Of a stretch of DNA of 64,000 bases, positions 57,201-64,000 are shown piece by piece. Source of the stretch: a virus; IMG/VR virus record IMGVR_UViG_3300025401_000016, positions 1 to 64,000 of that record. One strand, written 5' to 3'. The notes under the pieces are model-generated. The model was not told the DNA's origin and did no database searches. It saw only the letters and a program-made list of their open reading frames with translations. A program made the translations under genes and the position numbers. Each line of letters starts with the position of its first letter. Position 1 is the stretch's first letter.

Positions 57201-60200
57201 ATAGTTGACAGTAATGGTACTGCTGTAATTATATTTACCACTAGTAAAAATATTACTATTAATAAAAGTATAACAATAACACTAACACCGAGCGTACCTA
57301 ATGGTATTGGTCATGTAGTGGCTAATTCATTAACCTTAGCTAAAGGTATACCTGCTGCAATACATTTTAGCGCATTAAGTTATAGCTTTGACTGGGCAGT
57401 ATCCGGAACTAATCAATTAGCTAAACCAGTGACTAGTATAGATTTACCTCCTGATTGGGCACCTGCTGCTAATTTTGCACCATTGACAGACATAAATTCA
57501 TTACCAATAACATTTACTCTTGTTGGTTTTATAGGTGCAACAGTAGTAACATTTGGTGTAGCAGTAGTAGATCCGTTAACTGCAGCTATAGTAGGTAAAA
57601 CTAAATCTTCGGTAATTGATCCAGGTGTAGGTACTGCAACAGTCGTAATATCAGCAAGTGATTTACCTACTACACCTAATATTGGTTCTAATAAAGCTGC
57701 AATTTATTTCTTATCGGCTACAGTAGATAATACTATTTCTCCAGGAACAGATGGTCCTGGAGGCGGTGGCAAATATCCTTGGCAATATTATGGTAAAATG
57801 TCTATTGGACCAAATGCAAATATAATACCTGTGTGGTATGTAAATGGACCATACAGTACAGTGAACAACACTCCTTTTGAAATGTTCCCTGCTACACCAA
57901 ATAACATAGGTACCTATGCACTACCTCAAGCAACTGTGGGCACACCTTATAGCCCACAATTAATTTATGTACAAAATGGTGAATTTGATTTAGGTTATGC
58001 ATTCAATGCTTCAGGTACATTGCCACCGGGGTTGAGTATTACTACTAATCCCGCATCATCTGATCCTGTTACTGGTTATAAGCAAAAACAAATAACATTA
58101 TCTGGTACACCTACAACGGCAGGAACATATACCGGATCAGTATCTTGTGTAAATGGTAATAATACACTAACACAATCATATTCTATAGTTGTAGCGGCAC
58201 ATGTACAGGTTGGATTTGATTCTAACTATGTTGATGGAAAGCAAAATTCAAACATAGGTTTTAATTTCATTGTATCAGGCGGATTGTCAGGAGATACAAT
58301 AACTATAAGTGGCTATTCAACACCTAATAATGGTCCTGATTTAACTTATCAAAGACCATATGGCCCCTTTACATACACATTGGATAATAATGGAGCACTT
58401 ACACTTCCATTAAATGGTGCACCAAATACAGATGGAACTAATTCTGGTGCATTAGATCCTGGAAAATATTATTCAACAATTAGTTTTAAGAACTCAGGTT
58501 CCCCTGTTAATATAAATTTTAGAATAGAAGGGACTAGTCAAGTAATTGCTACAAAACCAAAAACTACTACACCTGTAACACAAACTGCTACATTAGTAAA
58601 TCATGATGGTAGTGGATATAATTCAGGTGGAGAATATACATCAGTACCAGTAGATATAAAATTAGTAGGAAATCCAGGTGATGTAGTATTACCATCATTA
58701 GTAGGTGGAGGAACTATCCCCACATATCAAGTAACATTAGGCAGTACAGGAAAATATACATATAGTGCACTAACAATGCCTGCAGGTACATTTCAAATAC
58801 AATTTCAATTTACTACAACTGACGGAGTTGTAACAACTATTCCGTTAGATCCTGCAACAGTTACATTTACTACACCACCAAATACCGTCACAGAAACAGT
58901 AGCATTATCACCAAATCAAACTAGTTATGTTCAGGGTGGACCAGTATTTGTAATCTCTATATCAAATGCAACACCACATGATTATGTAACCATTACATGT
59001 AATTATGCTAGTTTCTTTACTGATTTAAATATATATGATGCATCTGCAAATCCAACTGGTACGGTACCCAATCCTTTTACTGTAGATGCTAATGGTAATT
59101 TCACTTCAGATCCTTTGCAAGGTATATCTATTAATGATAATTATACTGTAACATTTACTTTTCTAGCAACTGGGCATTCAAAATCTGTTTCTTTCTCAAT
59201 TAAGGCGCAGTCACAAACAGTTATATATAATGATACAGCATCGTTAACTGGATATCAGTATACAGGAACAGGTACAACCGCTGCAACAACTAATTCAACA
59301 ACTACTGTTACCAAAGCATATAACATGAGTATTATACTTACTGGAGCCCCCGGTGATGTAAGTATGGCAAGCGTATATACACCATTGACTGGTTCACCAG
59401 TAACAACAGCTAGTAGGGTGATTGCAACTATTCCTACTCAAGTAGGTACTCCCACATCAGCAGGCGGAACAGTTACATATCAGCCTACTGGTTATCAGGT
59501 AGGCACATATACATTTACATTCACATTTAGTGACGGTACTGTAGTAAATAATTTTAACGGTGCTGGATCAGATTTGTCAAATGGAATACAAATTATTGCA
59601 GATCCAATAACTGCGGCTCCAGTACTAACTGTTACTCCATCAGGTCCATATAAACAAACTGATGCAATTACAGTAACAATGAGTGGTGCTACTCCTAGTA
59701 GACAATATTATCTTAGTGGAAAAAATGGAATAATAGCTCAAGGTCAGAGCAATGGACAAGGAGTTGTGACTTTCTTAAGTAATTTTGATCCACAGTCTAT
59801 TATTCATATATCAGATTTAGGTGATAACCCCGGAGACCATGATACACTAACTACAAGCTCATCGTATAATCCACCGCTTCCGGTTGCATCAATTAATATT
59901 ACACTTGCTAGTACACCCACAACGTATAATAATGTTGTAAACTTAAATAATTTTACTCAAACTAATAATGATCCCTTGCAATATTCAACAACAGATTCAA
60001 CTGTATTATTGAGTTCAACATTTAGTGGTGCGCCAGGTGATGTATATTTAAGTGGTGTTATTGCAGGAAAACAACAAACTGTAGGTACGTTATTTGTAAC
60101 TATTCCACCCGGTGATCCCCCAACAGGTGGAACAATAACTTCACAGCCTCAAGCTTTCGCTGCTGGTTTATATAATCCTATTTGGACTTTTAGTGACGGC

Positions 60201-60959
60201 ACAACAGTAAAAAACTTTAGTAATGATCCTTATACAAATGGTGTAAAAATTAATACAGTATCAGTTGTAATACCACCAGGAGTACCAACTTTGATATTAG
60301 ATACATATGGTCCATTTGTATCTACTGACTCTTTTGTTGCAAGTATGACAGGTGGAACAGAAGGTGCAACTTATACACTTACAAGTATCAATAATCCAAA
60401 TCTTACTACTGCACTTGTACAAAGTAGTAAAGGAGCATTTGGTGTAGTATTAATTTCAAATCTTAATGATCCACTAACATCTGCATTTACTGATACACTG
60501 GTAGCAACCGGAAGCGATGGTTTAACAACTAACTCAATTAATATTCAGATAGCTGCAACGACACCAACCCCAACACCAACCCCTACTCCAGTGACATATA
60601 CTAATATGGTTCAATTTCAGGATCAAAACAGTAATTATAATTACGCACCATGGTACGGTACAATACCTATAAATATGGCATTGAGTATAAAATTTAATGG
60701 TACACCTGTAACAGGTCCAATAATTGGAAATGTTTATTCAGGTGGACCAGGTAATTGGGTATTAACTCAGTATACTAACTTAAACTTTGGTAATTTAGAT
60801 CCTAATGGATTTTTACAATGGGATTATGCAGCAGGCATATCAGATATAGGTAGTTTTAAATTGTCTGTAACTTTTTCTATAGGTTCACCTGCAACTATAG
60901 ATTTATATTTTACTACAGTTGATCCTAATAGTTTTAATTCTGATACAAATTCAGGATAA
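54243..60959 (+). CDS. Large tail fibre-like protein with alpha/beta-hydrolase (HSL-family esterase) and Ig-like repeats
   Basis: HGGGW, NYRLA, GGSAGGHLA, D.LVP and a late His; then Thr/Pro-rich Ig-like repeats including LPQATVGTPY...LPPGLS...SGTPTTAGTY. Confidence 0.8.
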   Translation: MTYKSKSLVQAIDYNTIIGTGTTTSSSTATINVVTYSDINYGTDNLQTVDILVPSTWDITTNIGTPPKGVVLWIHGGGWIIGDKSQELGVTVSNVQLEYLVKANYIVVNANYRLAASTSQDPTPTGFFPNNVTDIQQIVNFLLSDGAGYTNAPNIGASRNMWRYTRAAAKSFGLMVAGGSAGGHLAIMGVMQNALNNGGIFPTSVLSIVGPMNLVTAGASDAQNPAGTAAVGLINTYMNGGNPASASPYYQLSNWLANSTLVNTNCKFYFWYNDADTLVPNTSIVPFATNLQAGLANAANVTLIEVNVDSSGNTGGAVTRPAGSDGYPTIYAASHNIPGLGPYSIPSTLINIATQAFPTTYTPTVLPNSINAVWGTGVGPSGYGQAQLTPIADPTLSHTITTISAKDWENVIAVTNLIANQQGTTIPSITPPVIGSKITTDANLIAALHSIYTNRNNSVQQGTPLTNTKTSADTWNNIIVFQNDLTFTDPDRTRYFFNLGGQIELQFSATDGASTSIDHIFNQLASSCGSLYISGVSTGTENINGVVYTGVTVVGGIPPTTSSGNILFTTGGYYGLTTAYTEIFRRTVGGSGSGAGSYISVLAKTNGTHGNNGDNGTVINIQTWFVQVPSGIHNVSAGTTVTCTVIPPYLNPNSYPDITKLPAHYSQSASVYKFSQSWDVPSNSSTYTINNKTLVAATLGAITFTPTTQVSGKQFSISVDASNGYGLTWAMTIVGAASATNLSYSGAISTASTYTIKKDVLAPSKPDTLVVTVTIGTGPSAVVQTANYTVTAPVYTNTVTMPTNNSINTGDTLTIVFAGSPNDTITATGLYPPDPQDDPTQAYIVPSIPQIFKLDATGAYTYTHSNYASLVPVSPFKFTFVFGNDSKTIISKTLTITQSGSKPVKTYNLYAQDPQGNPSSGVKPGDSIYFILKTTNVPYQTQVPFTIGGISAPADGSIALAASDFSNINLNGKDESIVTISGTQNFIVDSNGTAVIIFTTSKNITINKSITITLTPSVPNGIGHVVANSLTLAKGIPAAIHFSALSYSFDWAVSGTNQLAKPVTSIDLPPDWAPAANFAPLTDINSLPITFTLVGFIGATVVTFGVAVVDPLTAAIVGKTKSSVIDPGVGTATVVISASDLPTTPNIGSNKAAIYFLSATVDNTISPGTDGPGGGGKYPWQYYGKMSIGPNANIIPVWYVNGPYSTVNNTPFEMFPATPNNIGTYALPQATVGTPYSPQLIYVQNGEFDLGYAFNASGTLPPGLSITTNPASSDPVTGYKQKQITLSGTPTTAGTYTGSVSCVNGNNTLTQSYSIVVAAHVQVGFDSNYVDGKQNSNIGFNFIVSGGLSGDTITISGYSTPNNGPDLTYQRPYGPFTYTLDNNGALTLPLNGAPNTDGTNSGALDPGKYYSTISFKNSGSPVNINFRIEGTSQVIATKPKTTTPVTQTATLVNHDGSGYNSGGEYTSVPVDIKLVGNPGDVVLPSLVGGGTIPTYQVTLGSTGKYTYSALTMPAGTFQIQFQFTTTDGVVTTIPLDPATVTFTTPPNTVTETVALSPNQTSYVQGGPVFVISISNATPHDYVTITCNYASFFTDLNIYDASANPTGTVPNPFTVDANGNFTSDPLQGISINDNYTVTFTFLATGHSKSVSFSIKAQSQTVIYNDTASLTGYQYTGTGTTAATTNSTTTVTKAYNMSIILTGAPGDVSMASVYTPLTGSPVTTASRVIATIPTQVGTPTSAGGTVTYQPTGYQVGTYTFTFTFSDGTVVNNFNGAGSDLSNGIQIIADPITAAPVLTVTPSGPYKQTDAITVTMSGATPSRQYYLSGKNGIIAQGQSNGQGVVTFLSNFDPQSIIHISDLGDNPGDHDTLTTSSSYNPPLPVASINITLASTPTTYNNVVNLNNFTQTNNDPLQYSTTDSTVLLSSTFSGAPGDVYLSGVIAGKQQTVGTLFVTIPPGDPPTGGTITSQPQAFAAGLYNPIWTFSDGTTVKNFSNDPYTNGVKINTVSVVIPPGVPTLILDTYGPFVSTDSFVASMTGGTEGATYTLTSINNPNLTTALVQSSKGAFGVVLISNLNDPLTSAFTDTLVATGSDGLTTNSINIQIAATTPTPTPTPTPVTYTNMVQFQDQNSNYNYAPWYGTIPINMALSIKFNGTPVTGPIIGNVYSGGPGNWVLTQYTNLNFGNLDPNGFLQWDYAAGISDIGSFKLSVTFSIGSPATIDLYFTTVDPNSFNSDTNSG

Positions 60960-60976
60960 CAAATCTTTAATAAATT

Positions 60977-62347
60977 ATGACATTACCTACAAATAACATA
61001 TCAATGTCAAACGTAGATGTTGAATTAAGTAAAGCATCTACTGCAACAATATCACTTAACGATAGTGGCCCAAGAACATTAGCAGTTAAACCTTCTGGTC
61101 AAATTTCAATGGCTGATTTAGAAGGTAAGGCAGCTTATACACCCAAATTATATGAATATAGTCAAAACACTGGATACTCACCTGGTGTTTCCTACTCAGT
61201 TACTATACCTTCAGGTGTAACAAGTATTGCAATATTAATGGTTGGTGGAGGTGGAGGTGGAGGATCAAGTAATGCCGGTGCAGGCAAGTGGGACGGCGGG
61301 GGTGGTGGAGGCGGCGGCGGAGTTATATATGTGCCTAGTTTTTCGGTACATGCCGGACAAGTGTTAAAACTAACAATAGGTGCAGGTGGCACCGGAGGTG
61401 TTAATACTGCTGGTGTATCTGGTGGAAATTCTACTATCATCGATGGTAACGGTACTACATACTACACAGCTCCGGGTGGCGGTGGTGGTGGTGGCGGAGA
61501 CTGGAATAATCCAACTGTTGCAACTGCTAATGGACATACCGGAAACGCAAGAAGTGGATTACCCGGGGGTTCAGGTGGTGGTGCTAGTGGACAAGACTAC
61601 AATATACAAGGTGCATTTGGTGGACAAGGTTTTTATACTTATCCAGGATATACTGCCTCTACATACGGTAATAACGGCGGGTCATCAATGAATAACGGAT
61701 TCAATGGAGGAGGCGGTGGCGCCGGAACTACTACAAATAATGCCAATACAGTAAGCATAGCGGTTAACACAGGAGTGATACCAGGTACAAACAAAGTAGT
61801 ATCACAATGGCCTAATTCTAGTTCATCACCACCTTATATCGTACTTGTAAACAACAATTTATTAAATCCATGGGCACCAGTTAATAATGGTGGTGCAACA
61901 TTTTTTCAATCTAATACAGGAAATCCACCCTCGAGTATTACACTAACTACGCTTAACGGTGCTGGGCAAGGTCAAAATGGTTATATTTCAGGATATGGTA
62001 CTAGTGGTTATTTAGGATTAGGTTTTAGTGGTGCAGGTGGAGATGGTATTACAATTAATATAGGTGGCACCAATGTGACAATGGGTGCAGGTGGCGGTGG
62101 CGGTGGCAGTTATGAAATGGGCGGAAGTAGTGTTCAAACTGCTTATTGTCCGGCAAACGGTGGTGCAGGTCCTGGTGGCGCCGGCGGCGGCGGAGCTGGA
62201 GGGGGCGGTGGCAATTCATCTGGTGCAGCCCCTGGATCCGGAGCTACTGGATATGGTAATGGCGGTGGTGGTGGCGGGGGAAGATATCCTGCCACTATAG
62301 CTGCAGGTGGTTCTGGATCACCTGGTGCAATATTCGTATACGGTTAA
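60977..62347 (+). CDS. Glycine-rich tail fibre tip/adhesin-like protein
   Basis: Short N-terminal module (ISMSNV..EL....ISLND...LA....G.ISM.D+.GK) followed by many poly-Gly runs separated by loops. Confidence 0.7.
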   Translation: MTLPTNNISMSNVDVELSKASTATISLNDSGPRTLAVKPSGQISMADLEGKAAYTPKLYEYSQNTGYSPGVSYSVTIPSGVTSIAILMVGGGGGGGSSNAGAGKWDGGGGGGGGGVIYVPSFSVHAGQVLKLTIGAGGTGGVNTAGVSGGNSTIIDGNGTTYYTAPGGGGGGGGDWNNPTVATANGHTGNARSGLPGGSGGGASGQDYNIQGAFGGQGFYTYPGYTASTYGNNGGSSMNNGFNGGGGGAGTTTNNANTVSIAVNTGVIPGTNKVVSQWPNSSSSPPYIVLVNNNLLNPWAPVNNGGATFFQSNTGNPPSSITLTTLNGAGQGQNGYISGYGTSGYLGLGFSGAGGDGITINIGGTNVTMGAGGGGGGSYEMGGSSVQTAYCPANGGAGPGGAGGGGAGGGGGNSSGAAPGSGATGYGNGGGGGGGRYPATIAAGGSGSPGAIFVYG

Positions 62348-62368
62348 TTAAAATAAGGGGTAACAACT

Positions 62369-62482
62369 ATGGATGATAATGTTTTATTGTTTTTAATTAT
62401 AGTTATCATCATAGGTGGTTGCTATTGTTATGATTGGTATCAAAGGACTCACAAAGATGACATCGGACTCAAAGAAGACTGA
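62369..62482 (+). CDS. Small putative membrane protein (37 aa)
   Basis: AAGGGG RBS; MDDNVLLFLIIVIIIGGCYCYDWYQRTHKDDIGLKED*. Confidence 0.55.
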   Translation: MDDNVLLFLIIVIIIGGCYCYDWYQRTHKDDIGLKED

Positions 62483-62498
62483 TACTGATCAGGATGAT

Positions 62499-62618
62499 AT
62501 GAAACAAGTTTGGGCTAGCTATAATGAAGCTCAACAAGCTTGGAAAGAGTTGATGTATCATAAAAAGAATACAGAACAAACTGATATTTCCAAAACAGTT
62601 GACGATTCAAAGAAATAA
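62499..62618 (+). CDS. Small hypothetical protein (39 aa)
   Basis: AGGA RBS before ATG 62499; same frame and stop as the listed 62415..62618 ORF. Confidence 0.4.
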   Translation: MKQVWASYNEAQQAWKELMYHKKNTEQTDISKTVDDSKK

Positions 62619-62626
62619 ATATATAG

Positions 62627-62910
62627 TGTAAGTTATTGCTGTATGAAGCAAAGAGAAAGGTGTTCTGGACCCGGGTTCGAGCCCCGGCACTTCCACCAAG
62701 AGTATATTAGATTAGTGTATTCTTGACGGGGGTGAGCATGGTTTCGACAGGGCAAAGAGTAACAGAGTGGACAGCACATCAGCAACGATGTAAAAAGAAG
62801 AAAATCTATAAAGGCAAACGATTCAGTTTTCCAATTAGCAGCCTAAACACTGCTTAGGGTAAGACATACCTCGTAACAGAAATTCAGGACCTGCTTCGGC
62901 AGGTTTCCTT
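62627..62910 (+). ncRNA. ssrA: Circularly permuted (two-piece) tmRNA
   Basis: T arm CCGGG-TTCGAGC-CCCGG and CACTTCC-A-CCA end at 62698, before the 5' end GGGGGTG...TTCGAC at 62728. G3-U70 Ala determinant. Tag GCA AAC GAT TCA GTT TTC CAA TTA GCA GCC TAA (62814-46). The 5' boundary is estimated from the late box at 62615-21. Confidence 0.93.
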
Positions 62911-62912
62911 TT
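62889..62912 (+). terminator. Rho-independent terminator after tmRNA
   Basis: ACCTGC-TTCG-GCAGGT followed by TTCCTTTT. Confidence 0.8.
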
Positions 62913-62960
62913 GTCAACTAAAACACATACTACCGCGTTATATATGTATAGGAGTAATCT

Positions 62961-63119
62961 ATGCAAGAACAAAAAATGTGTTATAGTGGATCGGGTAAAG
63001 ATGATAAAAAATATTACATACCTAGATGGACAACAAATCAAAGTTACCCAGACTATGACAAAAAACGAACCCATAAATGCAAAGACTCTAATTCTATACT
63101 AACCAAAAAATCTACATAG
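62961..63119 (+). CDS. Small hypothetical protein (52 aa)
   Basis: Strong AGGAG RBS; MQEQKMCYSGSGKDDKKYYIPRW...KKST*; different frame from the listed 62911..63102 ORF. Confidence 0.5.
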   Translation: MQEQKMCYSGSGKDDKKYYIPRWTTNQSYPDYDKKRTHKCKDSNSILTKKST

Positions 63120-63187
63120 AAATGTGATTATCGTCACAGACAAACTAAATATAAAGTGTATAATCACACACTTTATAAAGGAAAATT

Positions 63188-64000
63188 ATGACAACAACAG
63201 TAACAATTGGTGTAACACCAATCAACACAACATACACGGCAGTAACTGGAGCAACAGGTGGTTCAGGTTTAGGAGCTAAATTTGATGTAACAAAGACTAA
63301 TGGAGTTTATGCTACAACAGTTGAATCTACTAATACAGGTACAGGATATGCATTAGGTGATACAATTACTATTCCAGGCACAAGTCTTGGTGGCGCTGCC
63401 CCTGCTAACAATGATGTTATCATTGTGACAGGTATTGGCACAAACGGCACAGTTAAAACATTTGCAACCGCAGGTGTTGGTGCAATTGGTAATGGCATCA
63501 TTAATACAACTATTAATGTAACACCAGATGGTAATGCCGCAATCAATACATATACATTAAATGACAAGTCAGTTGACTATACAGTTGTTAATGATACAAC
63601 AAACAATGTTCTTAAAGTTACCAGTGCACTTGATACACTAGTAAGTTTTAACTTAAACAACTACCAACGTATCAACTATACAGACAAGTCAACCGCGTTT
63701 GATTTGAATGGACATGCAGGTGATGTATATGCATTGTTGAAAGCAGGATTGGGCGGTACAGTTAACACTACGTACGAAGGTCTTGGTATCAAATTGGAAG
63801 ACAGTGGTTCAACAAGTGCACAAGTAGCACAAATAATTGCAAGTTCAAGTGTATTTGCAACTGCGGCCGGCGGTAGTGATTATGCAAGTTTTGTTAATTT
63901 TGTATATACAAATGTAGTTGGTACTGCACCAACTCCAGCACAAGCATTACCCTATGTAACACAATTGGCAACTGGTGCAACTACTGAAGGTGCGATGTTA
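63188..64000 (+). CDS. DUF4214-like (S-layer anchor-like) domain protein, partial
   Basis: CTAAATA at 63145-51 and AAGGA RBS. N-terminal GSG.GA.FDV...GTGY..GDTITI.GT.LGG..PAN module, then QRINYTDKSTAFDLNGHAGDVYALL...VAQ....S..F.......FVNFVYTNVVG.AP. Open to the window end. Confidence 0.7.
   Translation, partial: MTTTVTIGVTPINTTYTAVTGATGGSGLGAKFDVTKTNGVYATTVESTNTGTGYALGDTITIPGTSLGGAAPANNDVIIVTGIGTNGTVKTFATAGVGAIGNGIINTTINVTPDGNAAINTYTLNDKSVDYTVVNDTTNNVLKVTSALDTLVSFNLNNYQRINYTDKSTAFDLNGHAGDVYALLKAGLGGTVNTTYEGLGIKLEDSGSTSAQVAQIIASSSVFATAAGGSDYASFVNFVYTNVVGTAPTPAQALPYVTQLATGATTEGAML

Noticed and set aside
61240-62280. GC-rich GGN tracts as foreign DNA or simple-sequence contingency repeats
   Set aside because: Explained by poly-glycine coding with mixed codons.
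62666-62698. tRNA fragment or attP site
   Set aside because: It pairs with the downstream GGGGGTG and is followed by a tag frame, so it is the acceptor piece of a permuted tmRNA; no integrase is in the window.
62835-63102. ORFs 62835..63074 (-) and 62911..63102 (+)
   Set aside because: They overlap the tmRNA or terminator, or lack an RBS; the AGGAG-led frame at 62961 is more plausible.
1-64000. Stop-codon recoding, diversity-generating retroelement, inteins
   Set aside because: Core genes are full length in the standard code, no reverse transcriptase or adenine-variable repeat pair was seen, and portal, gp46 and gp47 show no intein-sized insert with splice motifs.

Overview
A 64-kb, AT-rich segment of a large T4-like (myovirus) phage genome, almost entirely virion morphogenesis genes in the standard genetic code. 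Minus strand 1-17.9 kb: six modular fibre/decoration-like genes, major capsid (gp23), scaffold (gp22), a free-standing GIY-YIG homing endonuclease, prohead protease (gp21), core proteins, portal (gp20) and a tape-measure-like protein with an M15 peptidase. Next come a gp26-like chaperone, a ~540-nt non-coding gap, an Hjc-type resolvase, gp46/gp47 and the late sigma factor gp55. Plus strand 24.4-64 kb: baseplate and tail genes (gp48/54-like, gp53-like, gp27-like, gp5, gp25, gp6, a 5627-aa gp7-like protein, fibres, a Gly-rich adhesin), a tmRNA gene and a DUF4214-like gene. T4-type late promoter boxes (TAAATA) precede most operons. Signals the ORF track misses: (1) a ~360-nt multi-stem, apparently pseudoknotted minus-strand RNA-like element at 19225-19590 that I cannot assign to a family, followed by an A-rich tract and GAA-triloop hairpins resembling a single-stranded origin; (2) a probable -1 programmed frameshift (T TTT TTC plus hairpin) fusing the gp26-like ORF to a gp51-like ORF; (3) a circularly permuted two-piece tmRNA (tag ANDSVFQLAA) under a late promoter; (4) a host-like DUF4214 domain fused to a baseplate repeat module; (5) nested domain insertions, including an intact esterase inside a fibre gene. 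All assignments come from reading motifs by eye; no searches or folding programs were run.
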